Positions 1 to 10,721 of a stretch of DNA of 64,000 bases are shown here, in pieces. Under the pieces are notes generated by a model that saw nothing but the letters and a program-made list of their open reading frames with translations, was not told the DNA's origin and made no database searches. Numbering within the stretch: the first letter of the stretch is position 1; each line of letters begins with the position of its first letter. The DNA comes from an uncultured Actinomycetota bacterium (lineage in GTDB: Bacteria > Actinomycetota > Actinomycetes > Actinomycetales > Dermatophilaceae). The translations under genes and the position numbers were made by a program. Location: assembly GCA_963722015.1 (NCBI GenBank), contig CAVRMT010000027.1, positions 1,191-65,190 of the forward strand, in the 5' to 3' direction.

Positions 1-977
1 AGGTCGACCTTGCGCTCCTCCAGGCTCCAGGCGAGGCGACGCAGGCCGCTGCCGCTCAGGTCGGGGTCGCTGGAGACCGCCACGACCTCGGCGTCGAGCA
101 GGTTGATCGCGTCCATGGCCTCCTCGGGGTAGCCGAAGACCGGCACCCCTTCGACGAGGCTGCTGCGGTCGGAGTCGGTGACGATGCCGGAGACACAGGC
201 GCCGACGACCTCCATGCCGGAACCCTGGGCCCTGCGCAGCTGACGGATCATCGGGCCGACGGTGCGCACGTTGCCGATCACGAGGGTCCGTTGCGTGTCC
301 CGGCCGGCGAGGCGGTGGGCCAGGAGGTGGCGTCGCAGCAGGTGGCGTCCCAGCAGGCCCAGCAGCAGCAGCGACGGCGCCAGCACCAGGACGAGCCCGC
401 GGGCGAACTCGGCGTGCAGCAACCACGAGACGCCTGCGGCCATGGCGACGAGGCCGACGACGGCGCGCACGACGGCCCGGTACTCGTTGGCCGACGTTCC
501 CAGGAACCTCCGCTCGTAGCCGTGGGCGAGCACCAGGGCCAGCAGGTAGGCCAGGGGCAGGGCGAGCGTGGTGGTGATGCGCAGCTCGGTCGAGGCACGA
601 CCGAGGGGGACGAGGGCCCCCACGACGCCCGCGGCGAGCGCGGCCGTCGCGTCCACCACGACCGCACGCTGCGTGTACCCGACGTGCCAGGGCCGGCGAG
701 GCGTCTCGAAGGACGACTGGGCCCGCGGCACTTCCTGCAGCCCGTCCTGGGCAGGGGCCGCCTCGGTGGTGTCCGACGACACCGGCGCCGAGCCGGGCGC
801 GTCCTGGCTGGTGTCCTGGTGCGAGCCCTGGTGCGAGCCCTGGACCGTGTCCTGAGGCGCGGCGTCCACGGCCGTCTCGGACGGAGTCGCCCGTCCGACC
901 TTCGCCGATGGCACGAACGCCGACTCCGCGGCCTCGATCTCCGACGGGGCACCACTCGACCCTGCTAGATCCGTCAT
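1..977 (-). CDS. Sugar transferase (exopolysaccharide polyprenyl glycosylphosphotransferase, WcaJ-like), N-terminal part; runs off the window edge
   Basis: Not in the ORF track because it is open at position 1. Manual translation from ATG 977 (GGGGAG RBS) gives TM segments, GYERRFLGTSANEYRAVV, RTLVIG and EVVAVSSDPDLSGSGLRRLAWSLEE, typical of actinobacterial sugar transferases. Confidence 0.8.
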   Translation of the reverse strand, partial: MTDLAGSSGAPSEIEAAESAFVPSAKVGRATPSETAVDAAPQDTVQGSHQGSHQDTSQDAPGSAPVSSDTTEAAPAQDGLQEVPRAQSSFETPRRPWHVGYTQRAVVVDATAALAAGVVGALVPLGRASTELRITTTLALPLAYLLALVLAHGYERRFLGTSANEYRAVVRAVVGLVAMAAGVSWLLHAEFARGLVLVLAPSLLLLGLLGRHLLRRHLLAHRLAGRDTQRTLVIGNVRTVGPMIRQLRRAQGSGMEVVGACVSGIVTDSDRSSLVEGVPVFGYPEEAMDAINLLDAEVVAVSSDPDLSGSGLRRLAWSLEERKVD

Positions 978-1245
978 CTCGCTCCCCTGCCCTGCGTTCC
1001 CCCGGCGAAGCCGTTCGGCTGGCGTTCACCATCCGGATGACTGATGCTGTCAGCGCGGCGCTCGCGGCAGGTACAGGAGGAGTGGGAGGACAGATCGGGC
1101 CACACGGACTACAGCCTGCGACGTAGCCCACTCATCCATTTGGCCTAGACGCGGGCCTCGACACCGTGGTCAGACGCCCAGGCGGACCCGGGCCGAGACG
1201 CATCCGGTCGGGGCTGGACCTGCCGACCAGGGCACCTCGCGCCAC

Positions 1246-1848
1246 TCAGGCGGGGCTGTGGAACTTCTGCTGCGCCACCTGCAGGCCGGCGGTGACCACG
1301 AGCTCGGCGGCGTCGGCGGCGGTGTCGAGCAGGAACGGGAGCTCCTTGCGCTCGGTCGGCGAGAAGTCGCGCAGCACGAAGTCCGCCGCCTCCATCCGTC
1401 CGGGCGGACGGCCGATGCCCACCCGCACCCGCAGGTAGTCCTTGGTCCCGAGGGAGGAGCTGATCGAGCGCAGGCCGTTGTGGCCGCCCTCGCCTCCCCC
1501 CTGCTTGAGCCGGACCTCACCCGCAGGGATGTCGAGCTCGTCGTGGACGACCACGAGGTGGTCGGGGTCGACGGAGAAGAACGACATCAGCGCCTTGACC
1601 GGGCCACCGGACTCGTTCATGTAGGTCAGGGGCACCCCGACCACCGCGCGCGGTCCCGGGGCGCCGCCGCTCATCGTGCCGATCCGGATGGTCGCGGCCA
1701 CGGCCCGCGCCTTGTGCCGGGACAGGGTCACGGACCCGCGACGGGCGAGCTCGTCGACCACCATCGCGCCGACGTTGTGGCGGTTCCCCGCATACGTGGG
1801 ACCGGGGTTGCCCAACCCGACGACCAGCCACGTCCCGTCTGCACTCAC
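1246..1848 (-). CDS. pth: Peptidyl-tRNA hydrolase
   Basis: Motifs [44 protein letters not shown]; downstream of rplY. Confidence 0.97.
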   Translation of the reverse strand: MSADGTWLVVGLGNPGPTYAGNRHNVGAMVVDELARRGSVTLSRHKARAVAATIRIGTMSGGAPGPRAVVGVPLTYMNESGGPVKALMSFFSVDPDHLVVVHDELDIPAGEVRLKQGGGEGGHNGLRSISSSLGTKDYLRVRVGIGRPPGRMEAADFVLRDFSPTERKELPFLLDTAADAAELVVTAGLQVAQQKFHSPA

Positions 1849-1862
1849 AGGCGGCAAGTATG

Positions 1863-1899
1863 CCCGAAGGCCAGGTCCGTCACGGACCTGGCCTTCGGG
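1863..1899. terminator. 18-bp perfect inverted repeat between rplY and pth (terminator or stability hairpin); second hairpin at ~1909-1934
   Basis: CCCGAAGGCCAGGTCCGT-C-ACGGACCTGGCCTTCGGG seen directly. Confidence 0.6.
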
Positions 1900-1942
1900 G
1901 TGGAGCAGGGGGCGCGACGACTCGCGTCGCGCCCGTGGGGAC

Positions 1943-2620
1943 TCAGGCGTCCTCGGAGTCGGCCTTCTCGCCCGCGGCAGCGGAGTCGGCCTCGGCGGCG
2001 GCGTCCTCGTCGGACTCCTCGCGCTCGATACCGGCCTCCTCCTCGGCCTCGGCGAGCTCGGCCTCCAGCTCGTCCTGGGAGATCTGCTGGGTGATGTTGA
2101 CGACCAGCGTGTCCTCGTCGACGACCAGGGCGGAGCCGCGGGGCAGCTCGACCTCGGAGGCCTTGATCTGCGTGCCGGCGGTGAGGCCCTCGACGGAGAC
2201 GACGATGCTCTCCGGGATGTGGGTGGCCTCGACCTCGAGCTGCAGGGTCTGGGAGTCCAGGGTCACGACGGTCTCGGGAGCCGCCTCGCCCTCGAGGTGG
2301 ACCGGCACGTCGACGGTGACCTTCTCGCCCTTGCGGACGACGACGAGGTCGATGTGCTCGATGACCGGCTTGATGGCGTCGCGCTGGACGTCCTTGGCCA
2401 GGGCGAGCTGCTCGTTGCCGTCGATGACGATGGTGAGCAGGGCGTTGGCGGTCTTGAGCGCCATCATCGTCTCGTGGCCCGGCAGGGTGATGTGCACCGG
2501 CTCGGCGCCGTGGCCGTACATGACGGCGGGGATCTTGTGGTCGCGGCGGATCTTGCGCGCTGCGCCCTTGCCGAACTGGGTGCGCTTCTCGGCGGACAGC
2601 GTGAGGTTGGTGTCAGACAC
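1943..2620 (-). CDS. rplY: 50S ribosomal protein L25 / general stress protein Ctc
   Basis: GTG 2620 with AGGAG RBS; [36 protein letters not shown], acidic tail. Confidence 0.97.
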   Translation of the reverse strand: MSDTNLTLSAEKRTQFGKGAARKIRRDHKIPAVMYGHGAEPVHITLPGHETMMALKTANALLTIVIDGNEQLALAKDVQRDAIKPVIEHIDLVVVRKGEKVTVDVPVHLEGEAAPETVVTLDSQTLQLEVEATHIPESIVVSVEGLTAGTQIKASEVELPRGSALVVDEDTLVVNITQQISQDELEAELAEAEEEAGIEREESDEDAAAEADSAAAGEKADSEDA

Positions 2621-2687
2621 GGGGACTCCTTGAGGGGACTCGAGTAGGCGGTGGGCCTCGACGCGGGGCGCAGCACGGAGACCACAC

Positions 2688-2757
2688 CGCGTCGAATTAC
2701 GGACGTGACCGGCCCCCAGGTGGTGGCAGCCGTGCAGTGTCCCTCGCCGAGGCAACC
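2688..2757 (-). promoter_or_regulatory. Putative structured rplY leader with a loop-E-like internal loop
   Basis: mRNA sense CUCGGCGAGGGAC...GUCCGUAAUUCGACG: GGAC/GUCC stem flanked by GAG opposite GUA, as in 5S rRNA loop E. Function inferred. Confidence 0.45.
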
Positions 2758-2765
2758 CGGAGAGT

Positions 2766-3740
2766 CTAGGCGACGCCCGCGGGCAGAGGGAAATCCACCT
2801 GGTCCGCCGCGGCAGTCGCCCGGGCGGAGCGCTCACGGCGCAGCTCACCGATCCGGACGGCGACCACTCCCCCGACGATGCAGACCCCGCCGAGGAGCTG
2901 GACGGCCCCCGGCAGCTCACCGAGCAGCACCCACGCGAACAGGACCGCGAACATCACCTCGGTCAGCCCCACGAAGGACGCCACGGTGGAACCGAGGATG
3001 CGTGCGGCCGTGACCCCAAGGAGGTATGCCGCCGCGGCGGCCACGAGCGCCAGCTCGCCGACGGCGACCCACCAGGGAACCTGTGCTCCGCGGAGCACGA
3101 CATCCGTGGCCACGAACCTCAGCGGCAGCGCACCGACGACGCCTAGGAGGGCGAGCGATACGGTGCCGGCTCCCATGCCGAGTCCCGCGAGCGCGATCGG
3201 GGGAAGGTGGCTCTCCTCGGCAGCAAGGACGAAGAAGGTCGCCAGGCCGGCTGCGGCCACCAGGCCCCAGCCGACACCGACGAGGTCGAGCCCGACCTGG
3301 CCGCCGAGGTCGAGGACGAGCACCAGCCCAGCCATCGCCAGGAGCACCCCGACCCCGGTGAGGGCGCTGGGCGCTCGGCGCGTGCGTGCCCACACGAAGA
3401 GCACGACGAGGACGACCCCGAGGTACTCCAGCAGGAGGGCGACCCCGACATCGAGTCGCTGCACCGCGTAGAAGTAGGCGACCTGGCAGCCGGCGACGGC
3501 CACGGCGCCATACGTGAGGATGCCGGCGAGGTTCTCGCGCACGAGGTGCCACCGGCCGCGCAGGGCGAGGATCGTCGGGATCGCGAGGACGAGCGTCGCG
3601 CCGGCGACCCGCAGCAGGACGATGGCCCCGGAGCTCCAGCCCTCGACGAGCAGCGACTTCGCGAACGGGCCGCTGCTGCCGAACGTCGCCGCGGACGCCA
3701 GGGCGAGCCAGAGCCCGACCACGGTGGAGCGTGACCTCAT
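2766..3740 (-). CDS. EamA/DMT family transporter
   Basis: About ten hydrophobic helices in two repeats; FGSSGPFAKSL, GVALLLEYL, ASFVGLTEV..AVLFAWVLLGE. Confidence 0.9.
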   Translation of the reverse strand: MRSRSTVVGLWLALASAATFGSSGPFAKSLLVEGWSSGAIVLLRVAGATLVLAIPTILALRGRWHLVRENLAGILTYGAVAVAGCQVAYFYAVQRLDVGVALLLEYLGVVLVVLFVWARTRRAPSALTGVGVLLAMAGLVLVLDLGGQVGLDLVGVGWGLVAAAGLATFFVLAAEESHLPPIALAGLGMGAGTVSLALLGVVGALPLRFVATDVVLRGAQVPWWVAVGELALVAAAAAYLLGVTAARILGSTVASFVGLTEVMFAVLFAWVLLGELPGAVQLLGGVCIVGGVVAVRIGELRRERSARATAAADQVDFPLPAGVA

Positions 3741-3864
3741 GACTGACCTGCTTTCCTCGACCGGGTTCGCTCTCCGCCCGCCGGCGCTGGAGCAGGTCGC
3801 CTGGGGTAATCGGTGAAACGTCTTATACTCGTGACCCTACCGATGGATCGAGTCAGGAGTCAAG

Positions 3865-4416
3865 ATGTTGTTCGCCCATGACACCGAGGCTGCCCTGCGT
3901 GGGTGCGCGGCGCTGGTCAACACGGCCGCGACCCTGCCCACCGACACCGACGACCTACGGACCGTGGCGGAGCTGGACAGCTTCGTGCGCGAGTGGCAGT
4001 GGACGGGCTCGCGCACCCACGACGAGGCGGAGCTCGACGCCGTCCGCGCCCTGCGCCCCCGCCTGCGTGAGCTGTGGACCGCCGACCCGGAGCGCGCGGT
4101 CGAGCTCGTCAACACCCTGCTCGCTGAGGCCGACGCACTGCCCCAGCTCGTCCGGCACGACCAGTGGTCGTGGCACCTGCACGCGACCCCGGCCGAGGCG
4201 CCGCTGTCGACCCGGATGGCCGTCGAGGCAGCCATGGCCCTGGTCGACGTCATCCGCGCCGACGAGCTGAGCCGACTGGGGGTGTGTGCGGCTGACGACT
4301 GCGAGGACGTCGTGGTCGACCTGTCCAAGAACCGGTCCAAGCGCTACTGCGACGGTGGCTGTGGCAACCGGGCCAACGTCGCCGCCTACCGTGCCCGGAG
4401 GGCGTCCAGCACCTGA
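3865..4416 (+). CDS. ABATE/CGNR zinc-finger domain protein
   Basis: C-terminal CAADDC...DLSKNRSKRYCDGGCGNRANVAAYRAR; divergent from EamA. Confidence 0.92.
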   Translation: MLFAHDTEAALRGCAALVNTAATLPTDTDDLRTVAELDSFVREWQWTGSRTHDEAELDAVRALRPRLRELWTADPERAVELVNTLLAEADALPQLVRHDQWSWHLHATPAEAPLSTRMAVEAAMALVDVIRADELSRLGVCAADDCEDVVVDLSKNRSKRYCDGGCGNRANVAAYRARRASST

Positions 4417-4585
4417 CCGCCACGACTGCCTCGCTGAAGTCATCTGTTTGCCGGATGGTGTGAGGGCCCCGAGACCCCATGATGCGGACTAGCGGGTCGG
4501 CGCGCAGTGGAGGTCAGGGCCATGGTCGGTGATGCGGTGGAGAGCCTTCAGCGCGGCTTAAGGCCTCTCGAGTGTGCTGTGCACC

Positions 4586-6805
4586 ATGGATAGCTCGGGC
4601 GTCACCGCGGCACTCAGCCGGGCCGTGCGGGATCACGGTCGGGTGGCGACCACGCAGCCGGAACGGATCCGGGCGCTGATGTCCGACCTGCTCGGACCTT
4701 CTGCCCGCGAGCTCCGGGCCGAGGTCGACGCCCTCGTCATCGCCTGCGAGGAGGGCGTCCCCGGCCTCCTCCTCGCTTCCGAGGGGTCCCCCGACGCGGC
4801 TGTGGACGAGGCGGTCACCCGTCTCGAGGCCCGCGGTCTGCAGCCGGGCCTGGCCGTCGTCGCGGTCACCATCTGGGCCGCGGCCCTGGCGGTGCCCCTG
4901 TCCGAGACACGGTCCCTTTCCGACGGCAGCGTCGGCGAGGTGTCCTCACGCCCCAGCGGCGGGGTCCTCTCGTCTTCGGACGGAGGAGAAGCGCCGCGCG
5001 GGGACCGGACCAAGCTGCCCGTGGGCAGGGTCGCGGGGCACCGCCGGTCCGCAGTCGGGTCCGGGGTCGACCCAGCGCGCGCACCCGCGCTCACACCCGC
5101 GGATCCCGACGAGGGGATCGGCCCACCTCTGCTCCGGCGGCCCTCGACCCGGACGCGCACCGTCGTGGGCGCTGCGGGCGCGGCCGCCGTGCTGGTGGCA
5201 GGCGTGGTCGGGGCCCAGGCCTTCTGGCCCCTCTCTGCAGGTGGGCCTGCGGACCGTTCCTCCGGAGGGACCCTGCACCTGCTCAGCACGACCCCGGTGA
5301 CCTGGGACCCCATGGCGACGACGGACGTCGGCCTGCGCCTGCTCATGAACCGGGCGTTGTACCGGAGCCTGCTCGCCTTCGCGCCCACCGACGGCGACGA
5401 GCCGGCCGAGCTCGTTCCCGACCTGGCGACCTCGACCGGCACCAGCACGGACGGTGGTCGCACCTGGGCGTGGACACTCGTGGACGACGCGGTGTGGGAG
5501 GACGGCCAACCCGTCACCTGCGCCGATGCCAAGGCAGGGGTGGAACGCGCCTTCGCGGCAGCGAAGTTCCGGGGGTACTCCTTCAGGGCAGCGCGTCTGG
5601 TGGACGTGCCGCTCGCTCCCGACGGCCTCCCCGTGTTCTCCGGCGCCGTGGACGCGACGGCACGGGCCGCCTTCGACGAGGCAGTCACGTGCGCGGGTCT
5701 GACGCTCACGGTCCGACTGGCCGACCGGCACCTGGACTTCGCCCGTTACCTCGCCCTTCCCGAGCTGGCGCCGTACCGCTCGGTCGCCTCGGCTGGTGGC
5801 CCGCGGTCGCTGGCGAACGGCCCTTATCGCGTCGAGGTCGCCAGCGCCTCGGGCGACTCCTCGGTGCTGGTCCGCAACACGCGCTGGAGCCGGACGACGG
5901 ACCGCCTGCGCCCGGCGCATCCCGACCGCATCGAGGTCACCGGCAGGCTCCTCAGCGCCGACGTCGTCGCACGCCTGCAGGCCGATGTCGGTGCCGACCG
6001 CCTCGCCGCAGCCCTGCAGCCACTCCCCGCCTCCGCCCAGGCTGGCTTGCGCCAGGCCGCCGACCGCACCCACGTGGCCACCAACGGCAACCGCGAGGTC
6101 CTCGCACCGAGCTTCGACTCGGCGGCCATGCAGGACAAGAAGGTCCGGCAGGCTCTGTCCTGGTCCATCGACCGGCAGGCCTACGTGGAGAGGATGGGTG
6201 GCCCGGCGACCCGTACCGCACTCCACTCCTTGGCTGGGACCCACCGCAACACCGCCGACGAGCTCGTCGACCCGAGCAGGGCCCGGACACTCCTCGCCGG
6301 CCGCAGCCCCGTGCTCCGGGTGGCGTACCACTCCACCGTGGAGGCCGACGCCGCCATGTCCGCTCTGGCGGCGGGCTGGGAGTCGGTGGGCTTCACGGTC
6401 CAGCTCAAGCCCTTCACCGGGGCGAGCCGGGAGTACTCCAGGCACCTCAGCGAGACGAGCGGTGACGACGTCTACGACCTGGTCCGGGCCAACCCGACCG
6501 TGAGTCTCGACCCTGTCGAGAACGTCAGCGAGTACGACTCGCGGGTCACCACGCGATGGCTGGCGAAGGGCTACGCCAACGCGGCGATCACCACGGCGAT
6601 AGACCGGGCCCGGACCACGCTCGACCCCACCGACCGAGTGGCTGCCTGGAACCTCGTCCACTCCCTCGCGACGGCCGATGCCGCCGTCATCCCGCTCGCC
6701 GCCCGCGTGTCGCTCGTCGGCCACGGCTCCGCCGTCGAGGGGGCCCGGACGCTCAGCGAGTTCTCCGGGGCCCTCGACACCGTCACCATGTCCCTCACCC
6801 GCTAG
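4586..6805 (+). CDS. Membrane protein: shared island N-terminal domain + TM + family-5 (peptide/Opp-type) solute-binding domain
   Basis: N-terminal ALSRAVRDHG..PERIRALMSDLLG..EEGVP..WAAAL; TM VVGAAGAAAVLVAGVVGA; SBP5 motifs LVPDLAT, DGGRTWAWTL, WEDGQPVT, NGPYRV, VRQALSWSIDR. Confidence 0.8.
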   Translation: MDSSGVTAALSRAVRDHGRVATTQPERIRALMSDLLGPSARELRAEVDALVIACEEGVPGLLLASEGSPDAAVDEAVTRLEARGLQPGLAVVAVTIWAAALAVPLSETRSLSDGSVGEVSSRPSGGVLSSSDGGEAPRGDRTKLPVGRVAGHRRSAVGSGVDPARAPALTPADPDEGIGPPLLRRPSTRTRTVVGAAGAAAVLVAGVVGAQAFWPLSAGGPADRSSGGTLHLLSTTPVTWDPMATTDVGLRLLMNRALYRSLLAFAPTDGDEPAELVPDLATSTGTSTDGGRTWAWTLVDDAVWEDGQPVTCADAKAGVERAFAAAKFRGYSFRAARLVDVPLAPDGLPVFSGAVDATARAAFDEAVTCAGLTLTVRLADRHLDFARYLALPELAPYRSVASAGGPRSLANGPYRVEVASASGDSSVLVRNTRWSRTTDRLRPAHPDRIEVTGRLLSADVVARLQADVGADRLAAALQPLPASAQAGLRQAADRTHVATNGNREVLAPSFDSAAMQDKKVRQALSWSIDRQAYVERMGGPATRTALHSLAGTHRNTADELVDPSRARTLLAGRSPVLRVAYHSTVEADAAMSALAAGWESVGFTVQLKPFTGASREYSRHLSETSGDDVYDLVRANPTVSLDPVENVSEYDSRVTTRWLAKGYANAAITTAIDRARTTLDPTDRVAAWNLVHSLATADAAVIPLAARVSLVGHGSAVEGARTLSEFSGALDTVTMSLTR

Positions 6806-6814
6806 GACGCAGCC

Positions 6815-8210
6815 ATGAACGACCGCCAGCCCCAGACCCCCGAAGAGGCGTTGCAGCGAGCCGTGCGCGACCTCGGTCGCCGGGTCAGCGAGAACCCCGA
6901 CCGGGTCCGCGCAGTGCTCGCCGACGGGCTCGGCGCCTCGGGGCGCGAGCACCGGGCGGCGATCGACGCACTGGCCCTGGCCAGCGAGGAGGGCATCCCC
7001 GCCACGCTGCTGTCCCGGGAGGACTCGGTGCTCACCGAGACGGACCTCGTCGACGACGACCAGCGACTCGTGGTTCGGCTCACCGACCGTGGGCTGGACC
7101 AGGACGTCGCCGCCTTCGCCATCGGCACCTGGGCGATGGCGCTGGGCACCGACAGCACCCTCACCAGCGCATCCCCGCGCGGCCCCGTGGGTGTGCCGTC
7201 CACCGGCTCGGCGAGTGCCGCGGCACCGGGGGCGACCGAGCTCCCGTTCGGCCTCGGGCGCATCACCGAGGAGACCCCACCCCCCACGGACGCACCCGCC
7301 GGGGTCGGCGCGGGCGGCGGGGTCGGCGCGGGCGGCGGGGTCGGCGCGGGGCGGCGGGGGCGGCGCGGGCGGCGGGGGCGGCGAAGGTCATGACCGCGGA
7401 GACCCCTTGGCGCCGCGCGTCGCGCGGGTCCGCCGAGGTCTGGTCGCGGCCGCTGTCGCGGCGACCCTCGCAGTCGTCGGCGGCACGGCGTGGTCCAGCT
7501 TCCGCGCCCCCTCCCGCGACTCGGCCCTGCTCGTCGACGCCACGCGCACGGGCCCGACCACCGCCGCCGGAGCGAGCACCACGAGCGGGCCGGCGGTCAC
7601 GACGACCCCGGCCCCCACGACGACACGTGCACCGACGCCACGTCCCACTACCAAGGCGACCAAGAAGCCGGTGGTGAAGGCGAGTGCGTCAGCGCCCGCC
7701 AGAACCACGCCGCGCCCGGCGGCGACCACCCCGCGCACCACACCACGGAGCTCGGCCGCCCCGGCACCGGTCCGCACGACAGCGAAGAAGGCTTCCACAT
7801 CGAAGTCGTCGACGCCACGCTCGAGCAGCTCGACGAAGCCGAAACCCCCACCGCCGCCCCCGGCACCCAAGACGTTGACGGCCGGGAACGGCACACATTC
7901 GTGGACGATGGCCTACTGGGACGGGTCCAGCTGCCTGAACTGGGCGGGCGACGGCGCGCAGGTCTGCTCGCGGTACATCAACACCATCAAGGGGGGCACG
8001 GTCTCGACCTGGCAGGTGTCCGACGCGGTCTCGGTGAACGGCCACGGTGACGTCGTCGTCAGCGGCCAGCGGGTGCAGTTCTTCCCTCACCACAACGGCT
8101 ACTTCCAGGACGTCATCCGCTACCGCCTCACCGGCGCAGGGGTGACGAGCAACTGGGCCACCTTGACCGTCACGGCCCACTGCAACACCAACTACGCGTG
8201 CTTCGGGTGA
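6815..8210 (+). CDS. Membrane protein: shared N-terminal domain + Gly linker + TM + Thr/Pro stalk + Cys-containing beta-rich (Ig-like?) domain; apparent +1 frameshift at ~7350
   Basis: ORFs 6815..7393 and 7089..8210 join if one G is removed from the GGGG run at 7348-7351 inside an 18-bp repeat. Confidence 0.7.
7301..7383 (+). repeat. 18-bp tandem repeat GGGGTCGGCGCGGGCGGC (about 3 copies plus degenerate copies), coding GVGAGG
   Basis: Seen directly; contains the frameshift site. Confidence 0.85.
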
Positions 8211-8215
8211 GTGAC

Positions 8216-9317
8216 ATGTCCGTCGATCCTGGTGACCCCCCGATCCTGGCAGCCCTGCGCACTGCCCTCGAGGCCGACCACAGCGCCTATGTCGCCCGCC
8301 CGTCCCAGCTGCGGTCGAGGCTCAACCGCATCCTCGGAGAGGACGCCACGACCCACCGACGAGAGCTGCACCTCGTCGTCACCGCGCTCGACGAGAACGT
8401 CCCGACCGAGCTGCGCGCAGCCGCTCCGCTCAGCCGGGCCGACCTCGACCGCCACTCCGAGGCACTCGCCGCAGCCCGCGGCTGGACCGACGAGGCCGGC
8501 GCGACAGCGGTGGGGTTGTGGGTCTCGGCCCTCGGTCTCGAGCTGCGCGACGCCGACTCGTGGCCCGCGCCGGCGCCTCGGCGTCCGGGCCCGGCAGCGG
8601 ACGGTTCATGGCGCAGCAGCCCCTCGAGCTCGGGGTCGCTCGCATCAGGCTACCTCCGCTCCCGATGACGGGTTCGGCGGGTTTCTCGCGGACAGCGAGA
8701 CCACTGGAGCCCTCCGGCCGGAGGCAGCCTCCACCGTGCTGCCGCGGCGCCGTGACGACCCGATGGCAACGGATGTGCCCGACGCGTCGTCGATCGTGGC
8801 CTCTGTGGTGCCTGACCCCCAGTCGGGGGGTCGAGAGGGAGCACCGGTCCCGTGGCCGTCCTCATCCAGGTTCGCCGTCGTGCAGGCGATGCAGCGCGAA
8901 GGCTTCCCGGTCGGCGCCTACTACGCCTTTCGCGGACGCGACCCCCGGCTGCGCTATGCCGCCCTGGGCGCCTTCACCGTCGTCGTCACCGGTCTGGTCT
9001 TCATCGAGTCTGCCCCGGTCCGCACCCTCCTGCTGCTCGTAGCCGTGCTGGCGGTTCTCGTGGTGCCCACCAAAGTCGTGCGCAACGGCACCATGGTCGT
9101 CGACGACGTCGGATTCCGTTGGTATGCAGCGTTGCCCAAGAGCGGGCCTGCCGAGCTGGCTGCCCCCTGGACGGCCGTGCACCTGATCGAGGGCACCCAG
9201 CCGCGGCTCACGTTTCCGGACGGGCAGCTGTGGCTGAAGAGGCGCAAGGGACTGCTCGAAGCCCTCCGGGCCAGGGTCCCCGTCGCCACCGACACCGCTG
9301 CGGGGATGAAGTCATGA
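8216..9317 (+). CDS. Membrane protein: shared N-terminal domain + linker + two TM helices + small C-terminal beta domain; apparent +1 frameshift at ~8570-8650
   Basis: N-terminal domain is in ORF 8198..8668 (ALRTALE..PSQLRSRLNRILG..DENVP..LWVSALG); TM hairpin and C-terminus are in ORF 8211..9317. Confidence 0.62.
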
Positions 9318-9352
9318 ACACCCTCGGCAACCCTGCTCGATGCGGCCAGGGC

Positions 9353-10639
9353 TCACGTGGTGAAGCGGGCTTCGACCTGACCGATCAACAGCACCGTGTC
9401 CGGGACGAGGGCAACGGTCTGACCGGGCTGCACCGAGGTCGGTTCGCGGCCCGGCAGCTGCACCTCCCAGGCCGTGGTGCTGGTGTTGCGCAGCCCCCAC
9501 AGGTCACGCAACGGGTGTCGGGTGACCTCGGCGATCGTCGTGTCGTAGTCGTAGTCGCGTGCGACGTGGTGGCGGTAGACGCGGGTCCCCGCGCCCAGGG
9601 CCAGCGCCGCGTGCGGGAAGACCAGCTGCATCGGTGCCACCAGGGCCGCCGAGCAGCCCCAGCAGGTCTTCGGCGCGCCGGCGCCGGAGAAGCTCTCGCG
9701 GCCACACGCGTCGCAGGTGCGGATGGCGTCCAGCAGGCGGGACAGGACAGCGCGCCACACGCTCTCCCTGACTCTGCGCCTGGGGTCGTGGGCTCCCACC
9801 CCGAAGGCCTGCACGAACAGGCTCTTGACCGCCTCCGGATGGATCGCCCAGTTGGCCAGCACCGTCGCGTGCTCCACGGGGTCGGGGGCGTTGGAGGTGT
9901 CGTCAGGGTCGAACACGAACAGGGGATCGGATCCGAACAGCTTGCCTTCGGCCTCCCGGTCCAGGCAGGCGAAGTCGAGCTCTCGTCGGCCCAGGAGTGG
10001 GTGGTGGACCATCAGCACGTAGAAGATCAGCACGGCAAGGGAGTACAGGTCGGTCTCGCTCCCGGGCCGAGCCTCGCCCCTGACGATCTCGGGGGCCATG
10101 AAGCGGCGGGTTCCCAGGACCGCGCTGTCGCTCTCGCCGTCGATCCCGACGTTGTCGTTGTCGCAGATGAGCGTGGCGCCCGTACCCGGATGGAACATGA
10201 CGTTGCCGAAGCTGATGTCGCGATAACACAGGCCCTGGGAGTGCAGCAGCAGGAAGCCGTGCGCCAGGCCCAGGCACAACCGCACCGCCAGGGACGGCGA
10301 CACCTCCACCCGTCCACGCAGGAGCTCCCCGAGCCCGACGTAACCCGGCGGGCGGATCGGCATGACGTATCCGAACCCGCCGTCCGTCGACGTGACGACC
10401 TCTGTCGGCCACAGGAACATGGGGCCGGGACTGTGCCGCTGGGCGACGCTCGTGATCGCCTCACGTTGTCTCGGGGTGACGGCGTTCGGCGCATACCACT
10501 TCAGGGCCAGTCGCCGCCCGCTGGCGTCGGCCGCGACGAGCTCGTGCACGACGCCCTGGCTGCCCTCGCCGAGAAGCCGGCCGACGGTCCACGGCGTCGC
10601 GGAGCGGCGCAGGGTCACCACGTCCCCAACCCTGACCAC
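9353..10639 (-). CDS. Ser/Thr protein kinase of TerY-P/vWA-associated type with C-terminal Zn-ribbon and beta domain
   Basis: GTG 10639 with GGAGG RBS; LGEGSQGVV, ALKWY, FLWP, YRDISFGN, CDNDN (in place of DFG), GTRRFMAPE, TDLYSLAV; CDAC...CWGC. Confidence 0.9.
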   Translation of the reverse strand: MVRVGDVVTLRRSATPWTVGRLLGEGSQGVVHELVAADASGRRLALKWYAPNAVTPRQREAITSVAQRHSPGPMFLWPTEVVTSTDGGFGYVMPIRPPGYVGLGELLRGRVEVSPSLAVRLCLGLAHGFLLLHSQGLCYRDISFGNVMFHPGTGATLICDNDNVGIDGESDSAVLGTRRFMAPEIVRGEARPGSETDLYSLAVLIFYVLMVHHPLLGRRELDFACLDREAEGKLFGSDPLFVFDPDDTSNAPDPVEHATVLANWAIHPEAVKSLFVQAFGVGAHDPRRRVRESVWRAVLSRLLDAIRTCDACGRESFSGAGAPKTCWGCSAALVAPMQLVFPHAALALGAGTRVYRHHVARDYDYDTTIAEVTRHPLRDLWGLRNTSTTAWEVQLPGREPTSVQPGQTVALVPDTVLLIGQVEARFTT

Positions 10640-10721
10640 CGCCGCGACCTCCCTCGTCAGACCACGCCCATGATGGCACCTGTCGAGGTCCCCGTGACCA
10701 GGCTTTCGCAGAGGAGCTCCC

